DNA of 64,000 bases from an uncultured Pseudomonadota bacterium (GTDB taxonomy: Bacteria > Desulfobacterota > Binatia > Binatales > Binataceae). Made by a program: the position numbers and the translations under genes. The notes beneath the pieces are model-generated. The model saw only the letters and a program-made list of their open reading frames with translations, was not told the DNA's origin and did no database searches. The stretch is from contig CAWCJN010000007.1 in NCBI GenBank assembly GCA_963795945.1, positions 9,193 to 73,192 of the forward strand. The letters are read 5' to 3'. Of the stretch, positions 37,957-48,887 are shown one piece after another (the stretch's first letter is position 1; every line of letters begins with the position of its first letter).

Positions 37957-40338
37957 ATGGCAAAAGCCGAATCGGCCATCGTCCTGACCACCGAGGAACT
38001 GAACCAGATCAATGACTATTGGCGCGCGGCTAACTATCTTTGCGCCGGGATGCTTTATCTACGCGATAATCCGTTGCTCCGCGAACCGCTCAAACGCGAA
38101 GACATCAAATACCGTCTGCTTGGCCATTGGGGCACTGATCCCGGCCAGAATCTCGTTTGGGTTCATCTGAATCGAGTCATCAAAAAATACGATCTGAATG
38201 TCCTTTACGTTTCGGGGCCGGGTCATGGCGCGCCCGCGATGCTGGCGAATTCATACCTAGAGGGTGTCTATTCCGAAGTATATCCCGATCGCAGTCAGGA
38301 CCTCGAAGGACTGCGGCAGTTCTTCAGACTCTTTTCTTTTCCGGGCGGGATTGGCAGTCATTGCACGCCTGAAACTCCCGGCTCAATTCACGAAGGCGGG
38401 GAGTTAGGCTATAGCATCTCGCACGCCTTCGCCGCCGCCTTCGATAATCCGAATCTGCTGGTAGTCCCCGTCGTTGGCGATGGCGAGGCTGAAACTGGTC
38501 CGCTGGCCGCTTCGTGGCATTCGAACAAGTTTCTCAATCCGATCCGTGACGGCGCGGTGCTACCCATTTTGCATCTCAATGGGTACAAAATCGCCAATCC
38601 TACGATCTTGGCGCGAATTCCGCCGGAAGAGCTGCACAGTCTATTTGTTGGCTATGGCTACGAGCCATTAGTGGTCGAAGGCGGCGATCCGATGCGCGTG
38701 CATCAGCAAATGGCCGAGGTCCTCGAGCGCTGCGTTCTTAAAATAAAGCAGATTCAGGCCGATGCTCGCAGTCAAAAAGAGGCAAGTCGGCCACGCTGGC
38801 CGATGATCATCATGCGAACCCCAAAGGGTTGGACCGCGCCCAAGGAAATCGATGGGCATAAGCTCGAAGGCTCCTGGCGGGCCCATCAGATGCCAATTGG
38901 AGACGTAACCTCCAATCCTGAGCGCTTCAAATTGCTCGACGAATGGTTGCATAGCTATCATCCGGAAGAACTGTTCACCGATGAGGGTCACTTTCGTCTC
39001 GACCTGCAAGCCCTCGCTCCGACCGGCGACTCCCGCATCAGTGCCAACCCGCATGCGAACGGCGGACGATTACGCAAGCCATTGCGGATGCCGGACTTTC
39101 GCGAGTATGCGCGCAAGGTCGATAAACCTACCTATAATTCCGAATCGAACACTCAGATTGCCGGGCAGTTTCTACGTGATGTGATGCGCGAGAATATGGA
39201 TCAGTTTCGCGTGTTCGGACCCGACGAGACGGCTTCGAACAGACTGGAGGCGATCTATAAAGCCAGCGAGAAAACCTGGTTGGCCAAGTACCTGCCCGAG
39301 GATGCCGACGGCACTTTTCTGTCGATGGACGGGCGTGTCATGGAGATGCTCAGTGAGCATACGTTGGAAGGATGGCTGGAAGGCTATCTGCTCACCGGGC
39401 GGCACGGATTAATTAACAGCTACGAAGCGTTTGCTCACATCATCGACTCGATGGTCAATCAACATGCCAAATGGCTGGAGAAGTGTATTACCGAGGTTGA
39501 ATGGCGCGCGCCTATCTCGTCCCTCAATATTCTGCTCAGTTCGACAGTCTGGCGTCAGGATCATAATGGCTTTACCCATCAGGACCCCGGCTTCATCGAT
39601 GTCGTTACGAATAAAAGTCCGAGAGTTACTCGAATCTATTTGCCGCCCGATGCTAACTGCCTGCTGTCAGTAGTCGATCATTGTCTACGTAGCGTTAATT
39701 ACGTGAACGTGATTGTGGCTGATAAGCAACCTCATCCGCAGTATCTCGACATGGAATCGGCGATAAATCATTGCACGAAAGGTGTAGGAATGTGGGAGTG
39801 GGCGTCGAATGATCAGGGAGTAGTACCCGATGTAGTGATGGCCTGCGCCGGCGATACGGCAACGATCGAGGCGCTTGCGGCGACCGCTATTCTGCGTGAA
39901 AAGCTTCCGGAGCTCAAAATCCGATTTGTAAATGTTGTTGATTTGTTTCGCCTTCAACCTGCCACAGAGCATCCGCATGGGATGTCCGAGAGAGACTTCG
40001 ATAGCCTTTTCACCACCAGTCAGCCGGTCATTTTCAATTTTCACGGATATCCTGCGCTGATTCATAAGCTGACTAATCAGCGAGCCAATCATAAGAATTT
40101 CCATGTGCGCGGCTATCTTGAGTTCGGCAGCATCAACACGCCGCTACAACTCGCGATCAACAATCGGTCGGATCGTTTTCATCTGGCGATCGATATGATC
40201 GATCATGTGCCGGCGATTCGAGACTCGGCTGCTCACCTTAAGGATTCGCTTAAAGACCAACTTACTGAGCATCTGCGCTATGCGATGGAGTATGGCATCG
40301 ACCAGCCGGAGATTATCAATTGGAAATGGCCTTTATAA
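37957..40338 (+). CDS. xfp: Phosphoketolase (xylulose-5-P/fructose-6-P)
   Basis: About 793 aa from ATG 37957 (RBS GGAGAGAG). [34 protein letters not shown], and the TPP-binding GDGEAETG. Confidence 0.95.
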   Translation: MAKAESAIVLTTEELNQINDYWRAANYLCAGMLYLRDNPLLREPLKREDIKYRLLGHWGTDPGQNLVWVHLNRVIKKYDLNVLYVSGPGHGAPAMLANSYLEGVYSEVYPDRSQDLEGLRQFFRLFSFPGGIGSHCTPETPGSIHEGGELGYSISHAFAAAFDNPNLLVVPVVGDGEAETGPLAASWHSNKFLNPIRDGAVLPILHLNGYKIANPTILARIPPEELHSLFVGYGYEPLVVEGGDPMRVHQQMAEVLERCVLKIKQIQADARSQKEASRPRWPMIIMRTPKGWTAPKEIDGHKLEGSWRAHQMPIGDVTSNPERFKLLDEWLHSYHPEELFTDEGHFRLDLQALAPTGDSRISANPHANGGRLRKPLRMPDFREYARKVDKPTYNSESNTQIAGQFLRDVMRENMDQFRVFGPDETASNRLEAIYKASEKTWLAKYLPEDADGTFLSMDGRVMEMLSEHTLEGWLEGYLLTGRHGLINSYEAFAHIIDSMVNQHAKWLEKCITEVEWRAPISSLNILLSSTVWRQDHNGFTHQDPGFIDVVTNKSPRVTRIYLPPDANCLLSVVDHCLRSVNYVNVIVADKQPHPQYLDMESAINHCTKGVGMWEWASNDQGVVPDVVMACAGDTATIEALAATAILREKLPELKIRFVNVVDLFRLQPATEHPHGMSERDFDSLFTTSQPVIFNFHGYPALIHKLTNQRANHKNFHVRGYLEFGSINTPLQLAINNRSDRFHLAIDMIDHVPAIRDSAAHLKDSLKDQLTEHLRYAMEYGIDQPEIINWKWPL

Positions 40339-40546
40339 CCGATACCCAAGAAAGGCTTACGAGTAGCCGATGGATGCCCGGCGTGAATTACACATTGCCG
40401 ATTGCTGCTGTGATATTCCCCGTTGTTGGCGCACATCGACAGCGCCTAATTGAAGTTTTAGATACATTTTCGAGCAATAATCCTGGCGTCGCGAAGGCCT
40501 AAATTTTGCGGTTATTATTAGGATGGATCATCGCTGAGGGCTAAAT

Positions 40547-41725
40547 ATGAAAGCTTTATGCTGGCATGGGACGGAAGATGTGCGCATCGATGTCGTTCCT
40601 GATCCGAGGATCCAGAATCCATCCGATGCAATTATAAAAATAACCTCCACCGCGATCTGCGGCTCGGATTTGCACCTTTATGATGGTCTTGTTCCTACGA
40701 TGCGGGATGGGGACGTGCTCGGCCATGAGCCGATGGGCGAGGTGGTAGAAGTTGGCAGCGATGTTCATAAGTTGAAGAAGGGCGATCGGGTGGTTGTGCC
40801 CTTCACGATCTCATGCGGACAATGCTTCTTCTGTAAGAAAGGCATGTTCTCTCTATGTGATAATTCTAATCCGAATGCGGAAATCGCGCGCAAAGTGATG
40901 GGTCAGTCATCGGCTGGACTCTTTGGCTACTCTCATATGTTAGGCGGTTTTGCTGGAGGGCAGGCGGAGTATCTTAGAGTGCCGTTTGCCGACGTTGGTC
41001 CAATAAAAATTCCGGAAAGTCTCAGCGATGAGCAAGTGCTTTTTCTCTCGGATATTTTTCCGACTGGCTATATGGCGGCAGAGAACGCCGAGATTCAGCC
41101 TGGCGATACTGTAGCTATCTGGGGCGCTGGACCAGTTGGACAGTTCGCGATTAAAAGCGCCTGGATATTGGGCGCAGAGCGCGTCATCTCCATTGATCGC
41201 GTTCCAGAACGGTTGCAGATGGCTGCTCAGCAGGGTCGCGCCGAGATAATCAATTTCGAGGAGACCGGTGTTTATGATCGGCTGATGGAGATGACCGCGG
41301 GACGGGGACCGGATCGATGTATTGATGCGGTTGGCACCGAGGCTCATGCGAGGGGCAGTATCGACGCGTGGCTGGATAGCATCAAGTCGTCAGTCTATCT
41401 GGCGACCGATCGTGCTCATGTGTTGCGTGAGGCTATTATGTGCTGCCGCAAAGGCGGCACTGTTTCAGTCCCGGGCGTTTATGTAGGACTTCTGGATAAG
41501 GTACCCTTTGGGGCAGCGATGAACAAAGCGCTTACAATCAAATCGGGACAAACACATGTGCAACATTACACCGAGCCATTGCTCAAGAAAATTGAGGACG
41601 GCGAAATCGATCCATCCTTTGTCATTACGCACCGCCTGAGCCTAGATGAAGCGCCAGGTGCATATAAGACCTTTCGCGACAAGCAAGATGGCTGCATCAA
41701 GGTAGTACTCAAACCTGGCGGATAG
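40547..41725 (+). CDS. Zinc-dependent alcohol / formaldehyde dehydrogenase family (MDR)
   Basis: [21 protein letters not shown], the structural-Zn [15 protein letters not shown], and the Rossmann GAGPVGQ. Confidence 0.85.
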   Translation: MKALCWHGTEDVRIDVVPDPRIQNPSDAIIKITSTAICGSDLHLYDGLVPTMRDGDVLGHEPMGEVVEVGSDVHKLKKGDRVVVPFTISCGQCFFCKKGMFSLCDNSNPNAEIARKVMGQSSAGLFGYSHMLGGFAGGQAEYLRVPFADVGPIKIPESLSDEQVLFLSDIFPTGYMAAENAEIQPGDTVAIWGAGPVGQFAIKSAWILGAERVISIDRVPERLQMAAQQGRAEIINFEETGVYDRLMEMTAGRGPDRCIDAVGTEAHARGSIDAWLDSIKSSVYLATDRAHVLREAIMCCRKGGTVSVPGVYVGLLDKVPFGAAMNKALTIKSGQTHVQHYTEPLLKKIEDGEIDPSFVITHRLSLDEAPGAYKTFRDKQDGCIKVVLKPGG

Positions 41726-41770
41726 AAGTGGATTTTCGGACGACTCCCATTTTAACGGGAGCACGTTGAT

Positions 41771-41824
41771 CCGGTGGGGATCCGATAAGATTTATATCGA
41801 TGTGCCTGAATGGATCCCCACCGG
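41771..41824. repeat. 13-bp perfect inverted repeat with 28-nt spacer between convergent genes
   Basis: CCGGTGGGGATCC (41771-41783) pairs with GGATCCCCACCGG (41812-41824). Confidence 0.85.
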
Positions 41825-41839
41825 TGAAGAAGCGCGGGC

Positions 41840-42067
41840 CTATTTTGTCGCGGCCGCAATTGCTTTGCGGCTGATAGGAAGTAGAGCCTCCCGAACTTCA
41901 TTCCTGAATTGTGGTGACAAGCGTTCGGCTAATCCGTTGGTAGCGGTAATTGCAACTACATCGGAGACAAATTCGAGCTGTTCCGGAGGCGGATCAGGAA
42001 GTGTTAAGAGGATTTTTATCCAGTCAGCCAAGACTGACCAAAGCGGTGAGTTCACTTCGATTGCCAT
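41840..42067 (-). CDS. Hypothetical 75-aa protein
   Basis: The ATG at 42067 is preceded by AAGAGGAGAACACG, a good RBS. The overlapping plus-strand ORF has no RBS. Confidence 0.5.
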   Translation of the reverse strand: MAIEVNSPLWSVLADWIKILLTLPDPPPEQLEFVSDVVAITATNGLAERLSPQFRNEVREALLPISRKAIAAATK

Positions 42068-42284
42068 CGTGTTCTCCTCTTAGGATAATAAAAACTGTGG
42101 TAGTAAAGATCCAATGCAATCGTCGTACCCGTCCTAAAATCACCTCTGATCTTCTAAAACGCTGCTAAAGTTAGATACGCAATACATTTGCGTTAGTTCC
42201 TCTTAGTGTCTGCCAATTGATCTTTGCACCTCGACTAATCCCATTGCGGAACACTTGCTCGAAAAGGCGCACACGGCGTAATGT

Positions 42285-42776
42285 TTGAATGTGCCGACTT
42301 TCAACAAAATTCTTTCGCCGACCGACTTCTCCGATGACTCCAAACACGCCCTTGGCTACACGATCGAGCTCGCCCAGAAATTCAGCGCCGAAGTGATCGT
42401 GATGCATGTCGATCAGCCTTTGGCGCCGGTGATGGTCGGTGATTTAAGTCCGGGTCTTGATATGGGCACTGTCAATCGAATCGCGGAAGAGCAGCGCTTG
42501 ATGGCACTTAAGGAACTCGATCAGGTGATCGCCCGATTGCGTGAGGCGGGATTGAAGGCGCGGAGTCTGATGCGGGTTGGCGCGCCTTTTCTTGAAATCA
42601 TCCACGCGGCTCAGGCCGAAGCCACTGACCTCATCGTGATGGGTACTCATGGACGGTCCGGCCTTGCTCATGTTCTGATGGGCAGTGTGGCCGAACGCGT
42701 CGTTAATAAAGCTCCCTGTCCGGTGCTGACGATCCGGCATCCGGATCGCAAGTTCAAGCATCCTCTCGACAAATAA
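42285..42776 (+). CDS. Universal stress protein (UspA family)
   Basis: ILSPTDFSDDSKHAL, VIVMHV, and the C-terminal GTHGRSGLAHVLMGSVAERVVNKAPCPVLTI. TTG start per the ORF track. Confidence 0.85.
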   Translation: MNVPTFNKILSPTDFSDDSKHALGYTIELAQKFSAEVIVMHVDQPLAPVMVGDLSPGLDMGTVNRIAEEQRLMALKELDQVIARLREAGLKARSLMRVGAPFLEIIHAAQAEATDLIVMGTHGRSGLAHVLMGSVAERVVNKAPCPVLTIRHPDRKFKHPLDK

Positions 42777-42779
42777 GCG

Positions 42780-42798
42780 AGCAGGCTTCAAGCCTGCT
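42780..42798. terminator. Hairpin between convergent usp and enoyl-CoA hydratase genes
   Basis: AGCAGGCT-TCA-AGCCTGCT, an 8-bp perfect stem. No strong U-tract. Confidence 0.4.
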
Positions 42799-42805
42799 GA
42801 AACCC

Positions 42806-43624
42806 TTACTTGCCGGTGAACTTCGGGGCGCGCTTCTCCATAAACGCCTTAATGCCTTCCTTGAAATCGTCGGATTTTAACAGTTCGCCCGCACTCTGAT
42901 CGTCATCGAACAGCGCCGTCGAAAGATCAGTAAACAGATGGCTGTACACCAACCGTTTGACGTGAGAAATGCCTAGCGATGAGCACTGGCTCGCGATCTC
43001 GGCAGCTAACGCTCGCGTCGCGGACATTAGTTCAGCATCCGGTACAACCTTGGCCACGAGTCCCATCCGCAACGCCTCGTTTCCATCGATCAGACGGCCT
43101 GTCACCGCCAAATCCATCGCATTCGCGATACCGACGATGCGCGGCAGCATCCACGAGCTGCCGAATTCGATTCCGAGGCCGCGCCGCGTGAAGATCAATC
43201 CCATCCGCGCTTTGTCCGACGCTACCCGGATATCGCAATAGAGTGAATTGGCAAAGCCCATTCCTACCGCCGGACCGTTGATCGCGCCGATAACCGGCTT
43301 CTTGAGCGCCATCATCCATGAAAAGCGCCCGCGGAAATTCGGATTCAGCTCCTCGGTTCCCGGTAGCGGCCGGCCAGCTTCGCCCAACTGATCCGTTCCC
43401 TGCGCCAGATTATTGAGGCTTTGCATATCCGCGCCGGCGCAAAATGCGCGGCCCGCGCCGGTCAGGATAATCGCGCCGATATTCGGATCCTTGTCGGCAT
43501 CGAGCATTGCTTGTCGCGCCTCTTCGCCCATCTTCATTGTCCAGGCGTTCATCCGCTCAGGACGGTTGTAACTGACGACGGCCACCCGCTCGGATTTTTC
43601 GTAAGTGATTTCCTTGAACTCCAT
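42806..43624 (-). CDS. Enoyl-CoA hydratase/isomerase (crotonase) family
   Basis: YNRPERMNAW, ILTGAGRAFCAGADM and INGPAVGMG. Start chosen at MEFKEITYE. Confidence 0.85.
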   Translation of the reverse strand: MEFKEITYEKSERVAVVSYNRPERMNAWTMKMGEEARQAMLDADKDPNIGAIILTGAGRAFCAGADMQSLNNLAQGTDQLGEAGRPLPGTEELNPNFRGRFSWMMALKKPVIGAINGPAVGMGFANSLYCDIRVASDKARMGLIFTRRGLGIEFGSSWMLPRIVGIANAMDLAVTGRLIDGNEALRMGLVAKVVPDAELMSATRALAAEIASQCSSLGISHVKRLVYSHLFTDLSTALFDDDQSAGELLKSDDFKEGIKAFMEKRAPKFTGK

Positions 43625-43767
43625 CGGATTCCTCCGTCTCACGCACGCGTAGTCAACAGGTTTGCCCCCATCAAAGCACTGCGCAGGAAACGCTTCAACT
43701 TTGCGCGCCAGATTTGTTCCATGTCTATCGCTTTTCTCGGCGCGCTGGCGCTGTTAGGTAACTGCCC

Positions 43768-45483
43768 ATGTTTTGTACTCAAAAACGCTATAAGGATGCT
43801 AAATCGAATTCTACAGCAGCACATAAGCGCGCAGCGCAATTTGCGATCCTGCTCGGCGCCGCTCTTATCCTCCTCCTTGCACGACCGATTGCGATTACTG
43901 CCGCGGATGCGCATCACGCGATGGTCGCGGCGGAAGGCGATCAGGCAGCGCAAGTCGGTCTCGACGTGCTCAAGCGCGGCGGCAATGCAGTCGATGCGGC
44001 CGTCGCAATCTCATTGGCGTTGGGCGTCACCAACTCAGGCTCGTGTGGGATCGGAGGCGGCGGCTTCATGCTGATCTACTGGGCACATGATCATAGGTTT
44101 TATGCGCTCGACTATCGCGAGGTTGCACCCTACGCGGCGAGTCCCTCGATGTATATTCGCGATGGCAAGCCGGTCGAGGAACTTGCACGCAGCGGACCGC
44201 TCGCCGTTGCCGTTCCAGGGGAAATTGCGGGACTCGATGCAGCGCTCAAACGATTTGGCACAATGAAGTTCTCTACTTTGGCGGCTCCCGCGATTCGCCT
44301 TGCCGAAAATGGCTTTTCCCTGAGTCCGCACATGGCGCACGACGTGACGTACTCTGCCGATCGAATCAAGCGCGATCCCGGTTTCACCGCTACCTTCTTT
44401 AAGCCCGACGGGGCCCCACTAAAGGCTGGCGACATGGTCCATGCAAAACCGCTAGCCAACCTGATGCGCTCGCTCGGCGACGATCCAGTTAATCGTTTCT
44501 ATCGCGGCGCGATCGCGGATCAGATCGTTCGCTACATGCAGGCACATCAGGGCCTGATCACTGCGCAGGACCTCTCTGACTACCATCCAATCTGGCGCGA
44601 TCCACTCCGCTTCGACTATCGCGGATATGATCTTTACACGATGCCGCCGCCGTCGTCCGGCGGAGTCGTCCTCGAGATGCTCGGGATGCTCGCGCCGGGC
44701 CATGTCGAAGGTCTCGGCTTCAACTCGCCAGCCTACTTGGCCCAGCTAATCCAGATCATGCATATGGGATTCGTTGATCGCGATTCGTACGCTGACCCAG
44801 CCTTCGTTAAGGTTCCGATTGCGCAATTACTTTCGCCGGGTCATCTCGCTCAAGCCCGCAAGATTGCACTCCACGGCCATACAATGCCGCCGCTCACGGC
44901 AGCACACGATCATGGAACCTCGAACTTCTGCGTCGTCGATAGGGACGGCAACATCGTCGATGTGACCACGACAGTCAACACGATTTTCGGCGCGAAGATC
45001 ATGATCCCTGCTCTGGGACTAATCCTGAATAACGAGATGGACGATTTCGCGATCGCACCGGGCGTGCCCAATGCCTTTAAGTTGGTACAGGCCAAGGCCA
45101 ACGAAATTGAGCCAGGCAAGCGGCCCCTATCAAGCATGTCGCCGCTGATCGCGATGCGTCACGGCGCTCCGGTGATGGTCGCAGGCGGCTCCGGCGGTCC
45201 GACCATCATAACCGGCGTTGCGCAGATCGCGCTCGACCGGCTCGATTTTAAGATGGAGGCGCAGCACGCTGTTGAAGCGCCCCGAATTCATCATCAGGCC
45301 GAGCCGGTCACGGTCTTTGCCGAAAAGGCTCTCGATCCGAAAACGATCGGAGCGCTAGCCCAAATGGGCTTCCAAATGAAAGTAGTGCCCGAACTTGGCG
45401 CAGTGACTGCGATCAAGATTTCGCCCGGCAATCTCGACGGTGGTTTTGATCCGCGCAAAGGCGGCGCTGCGCTCGGTTACTGA
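43768..45483 (+). CDS. ggt: Gamma-glutamyltransferase
   Basis: 571 aa with an N-terminal signal/TM, GGNAVDAAVA, and the autoprocessing-site region HGTSNFCVVDRDGN. Confidence 0.9.
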   Translation: MFCTQKRYKDAKSNSTAAHKRAAQFAILLGAALILLLARPIAITAADAHHAMVAAEGDQAAQVGLDVLKRGGNAVDAAVAISLALGVTNSGSCGIGGGGFMLIYWAHDHRFYALDYREVAPYAASPSMYIRDGKPVEELARSGPLAVAVPGEIAGLDAALKRFGTMKFSTLAAPAIRLAENGFSLSPHMAHDVTYSADRIKRDPGFTATFFKPDGAPLKAGDMVHAKPLANLMRSLGDDPVNRFYRGAIADQIVRYMQAHQGLITAQDLSDYHPIWRDPLRFDYRGYDLYTMPPPSSGGVVLEMLGMLAPGHVEGLGFNSPAYLAQLIQIMHMGFVDRDSYADPAFVKVPIAQLLSPGHLAQARKIALHGHTMPPLTAAHDHGTSNFCVVDRDGNIVDVTTTVNTIFGAKIMIPALGLILNNEMDDFAIAPGVPNAFKLVQAKANEIEPGKRPLSSMSPLIAMRHGAPVMVAGGSGGPTIITGVAQIALDRLDFKMEAQHAVEAPRIHHQAEPVTVFAEKALDPKTIGALAQMGFQMKVVPELGAVTAIKISPGNLDGGFDPRKGGAALGY

Positions 45484-45512
45484 TCCGCTCGCCTCCAATT
45501 CAATCGGAGCGG

Positions 45513-46409
45513 CTACTGCAGCGGCGCAGCCATGCCGGCTTGCTCGCAGGTGTTCGCGATATCTGAAACCGTCGCACGATGCAGGTCGCGAACCCAGCGC
45601 AGATCGTCATAGTCCTGCCCGCGATGCATCGTGCAGCGGTCGTCCCACATCACGAGGTCATGCTTGCGCCATCGATGGATATAGACGAAGCGCGACTGTG
45701 TCGCGTGCGCGATCAGTTTGTCCACGAGGGCGCGCGCCTGCTCGTCAGGCATTCCCGCGATCCGCCCGATATGCGAGGCGAGATACAACGTCTTCCGGTG
45801 ATTCTCGGGGAGCGTGCGGACCATCGTCTGAGGCACCGGCCGCAGATTCGCGCGTTCTTCCTCGGTGAAGTTAGTGAAGCCGGTGCGTTCTCGCGAATAC
45901 ATCAAGGAGTGCTCTGCGATCAGCCCTTCGAGCTCCCGCTGCATCCCCTCTGGAAGCGCGTCGTAAGCCGCTCGGAGATCAGTAAATTCGGTGTGACCAC
46001 CCACCGGCGGAATCTCGCGCGCATACAGTAGGGAGGCCCGCGCTGGTAAATATTTGAACGAACTGTCCGTATGCCATAGACGGTTGCCCGCCGCGATCAT
46101 CCGCAAGCGGCCTTCATCGCGCCAGATCTCGCCACGATGATTCAAATTCGATACGTCGGCCAACTCCGGACGCAGCCGCAGCTTCACGTTCATCTTGAGA
46201 AAGACAACCTGTTCTAGTGGCCCGAACTGATTTGCGAAACTCAGATGCTGCTCCTCGGATAACTTCTGTCCCGGGAAGACCAGCACGGCGAAATCCCAGA
46301 ACGCCTGCTTAATTGCCGCTAAATCCTGCTCGCTCAATTCCGACGCGAGATCGACATCGCCTATTTCCGCCGCAAAGCCCTCAGTCACTGGCCATATCGT
46401 GATACCCAT
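45513..46409 (-). CDS. TauD/TfdA-family Fe(II)/2-oxoglutarate dioxygenase
   Basis: 298 aa. It has LWHTDSSF (HxD), HRWRKHDLVMWDDRCTMH, and the family-typical length. Confidence 0.8.
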   Translation of the reverse strand: MGITIWPVTEGFAAEIGDVDLASELSEQDLAAIKQAFWDFAVLVFPGQKLSEEQHLSFANQFGPLEQVVFLKMNVKLRLRPELADVSNLNHRGEIWRDEGRLRMIAAGNRLWHTDSSFKYLPARASLLYAREIPPVGGHTEFTDLRAAYDALPEGMQRELEGLIAEHSLMYSRERTGFTNFTEEERANLRPVPQTMVRTLPENHRKTLYLASHIGRIAGMPDEQARALVDKLIAHATQSRFVYIHRWRKHDLVMWDDRCTMHRGQDYDDLRWVRDLHRATVSDIANTCEQAGMAAPLQ

Positions 46410-46596
46410 GCTCGACTCCGTATCGCTTCGCTATGCTTCTGATCTATGCGAAGGCTGGCGAGATGCCAATCGTCGAAGATCATCATTCACGTCCGTCACA
46501 ATGTTTCTCGAAACCCTTCGGGAATGCTAATGAAATTTGCCGCTGTGCGATTGTCGGGCCTGCTCTATGCTCGACGAAAGCAAAGGGGATAAAAAG

Positions 46597-47379
46597 ATGA
46601 TCCGGCTTACATTCGTATTGCGTCGCAAGCAAGGTTCCTCGCTGACGGAATTCCAGCGCTACTGGCGTGAAGTTCATGGGCCATTAGTCGCCCGTCATTC
46701 CGTCGATTTGAACATTCTTCGCTATGTGCAGCTTCACACACTCGAAGACCCGATCAACAATCAACTTGCTGCAGCCCGCGGCGGAATGGAACCTCCTTAC
46801 GACGGCGTTGCCGAGCTATGGTGGACCAATCGCGAGGCGCTGGCGTCTAGCGTCGGCACTGCTGCCGGTCGGTCGGCCGCTAAGGAATTAGTCGAGGACG
46901 AAACGCGGTTCATCGATTTGCCTAACTCACCTCTCTGGCTTGCCTACGAATATCCGCAGGTCAACCCGACTCCCGAAGAGCTTGTCGCGCGCGAGCATAG
47001 TCCGTTAGTCAAGCTCTTCTTCTGCCTGCGCCATCCGTCCGGTCAGAGTATCGAGGAAGGACAACTCTACTGGCGCACCAATCACGGGCCAACGATTCGC
47101 GGCGTCGCCCGCGCGATGCGAATGCGGCGCTATCTTCAAGTGCATCGGTTCGATGATCCAATCGAATCCCAGTTACGTGCGGAGCGGAAAACCGTAGTCG
47201 AACCATATACCGGCCACGCCGAAGCCTGGTTCGATCGCGCCGACCTCGCCGCAGCTTCGAGCACTCCCGAGGGACAGCGCGCGATGGCGATTGCGGTCGA
47301 AGACGAACGCAAATTCATCGATTTCTCGCGCTCGTCGATGTGGATCGGCAAAGAGCGCGTTTTCATCGACCGCCGCTAG
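46597..47379 (+). CDS. Tandem EthD-domain protein
   Basis: Two copies of the pattern (I/V)(R/K)L.F.LRR..G.S..EF..YWR..HGP. Start at ATG 46597. Confidence 0.65.
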   Translation: MIRLTFVLRRKQGSSLTEFQRYWREVHGPLVARHSVDLNILRYVQLHTLEDPINNQLAAARGGMEPPYDGVAELWWTNREALASSVGTAAGRSAAKELVEDETRFIDLPNSPLWLAYEYPQVNPTPEELVAREHSPLVKLFFCLRHPSGQSIEEGQLYWRTNHGPTIRGVARAMRMRRYLQVHRFDDPIESQLRAERKTVVEPYTGHAEAWFDRADLAAASSTPEGQRAMAIAVEDERKFIDFSRSSMWIGKERVFIDRR

Positions 47380-47477
47380 CAGTTCGATACTTCAGTTATG
47401 GCAAGTCCACCAAGGGCCTTTGTTCAAAACCGCCCAACAGCGGATAATAAGATTATCATCTGAGTTCTCCGTATAGA

Positions 47478-48821
47478 TTGGAGCATCAGCCTTTGAACGC
47501 ATCTGTAAGCCAAACTGAGACTCGGGAAATGTTCGCTACGCGTCGCCGCCGCTTTTGTAACGCGATTAATGGCGCAATTGCTATTTTGCCCGGCGCGCCG
47601 GTCGCACTCCGCTCCGGCGACGTAGAATTCACCTATCGACAGGATAATGATTTTTATTACCTGACTGGTTTTGCGGAACCCGAGTCGATCGCTTTGTTCG
47701 CGCCCGGCCAGAGCGACGAATTTATCGTGTTCGTCCGTCCTCGTGACAAGGAACGCGAGACCTGGACGGGGCGGCGCGCCGGTATTGAAGGCGCAATGGC
47801 CGATTTCGGCGCGAACCGCGCGTACACTATCGACGAATTCGACCGCATTCTCCCTCGCTTTTTGGAGCGCGCCGAGCGCGTCTATTTCCCTCTCGGCGTC
47901 AATCCGCGGATCGAAACGCGCCTGCTCGATATGTTGAAAGCATCGGCTGCAATGCGTCCGCGGCTCGGCACTGGTCCGAACGCACTGCTCGATCCTCGCG
48001 AAATCCTGCATGAGATGCGGCTTTTTAAGAGCCCTGAAGAACTCGCCACGATGCGCCGTGCGATCGCGATCTCCAAGCAAGCTCACGAAGCGGCGATGCG
48101 CGAAGCGCGCGGCGGGATGATGGAGTGGGAAATCGAGGCGCTGGTCAACTACACCTTCCGCAAACAGGGCGCCGAAGGTCCCAGTTATCCGTCGATTATC
48201 GCGTCGGGTCCGAATGCCGCGACCCTGCATTACATCAACAACGATCGTTCGATGCGTACCGGCGAGCTGCTATTGATCGATGCGGGCTGCGAGTACAATT
48301 TTTACGCCTCCGACATTACTCGCACTTTCCCGATTGGCGCGAACTTCACGCCGCTTCAGCGCGATCTTTACGAAATTGTCCTTGCGGCTCAGCTCAAGGC
48401 CATTGAGACCGTTCGGCCGGGTGTCCGTTTCGATAACCCGCACGAAGCCGCAGTCGGCATCCTGATTGATGGGATGCGCTCGGTTGGTCTTCTTAAGGAA
48501 TCGACCGAGGAGGCGTTGCAGCAGGGCGCCTATCGACGGTTTTACATGCATCGCACGAGTCATTGGCTCGGGATGGATGTCCATGATGTCGGCCTCTATC
48601 GCGTCAATGGGGCTTCGCGCACCCTCGAACCCGGAATGATTCTGACCGCTGAGCCGGGTATTTATATCGCGCCCGATGATGATTCCGTCGCAGAGGAGTT
48701 TCGCGGCATCGGTATCCGAATCGAGGACGATGTACTAGTGACTCCCGATAGTCACGAAGTAATGACCGCCGCCGTCCCTAAATCGATCAGCGAAGTAGAA
48801 GCACTCACTACTTCGAGGTAA
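47478..48821 (+). CDS. pepP: Xaa-Pro aminopeptidase
   Basis: AMP_N region (YRQDNDFYYLTGF) and a pita-bread core (DAGCEYNFYASDITRTFP, HWLGMDVHD, EPGIYI, GIRIEDD). The true start may be ATG 47529. Confidence 0.9.
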   Translation: MEHQPLNASVSQTETREMFATRRRRFCNAINGAIAILPGAPVALRSGDVEFTYRQDNDFYYLTGFAEPESIALFAPGQSDEFIVFVRPRDKERETWTGRRAGIEGAMADFGANRAYTIDEFDRILPRFLERAERVYFPLGVNPRIETRLLDMLKASAAMRPRLGTGPNALLDPREILHEMRLFKSPEELATMRRAIAISKQAHEAAMREARGGMMEWEIEALVNYTFRKQGAEGPSYPSIIASGPNAATLHYINNDRSMRTGELLLIDAGCEYNFYASDITRTFPIGANFTPLQRDLYEIVLAAQLKAIETVRPGVRFDNPHEAAVGILIDGMRSVGLLKESTEEALQQGAYRRFYMHRTSHWLGMDVHDVGLYRVNGASRTLEPGMILTAEPGIYIAPDDDSVAEEFRGIGIRIEDDVLVTPDSHEVMTAAVPKSISEVEALTTSR

Positions 48822-48887
48822 CCGTCGGAAGATGGTATAGCAGTCACGCCTAATTGTGCCGAACCACCCGGAGATGAAGATTAGCAT

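Noticed and set aside
41766-42083. Plus-strand 105-aa ORF
   Set aside because: It has no RBS and an odd composition. The overlapping minus-strand 75-aa ORF has a strong AGGAG RBS at the correct spacing, so that one was kept.
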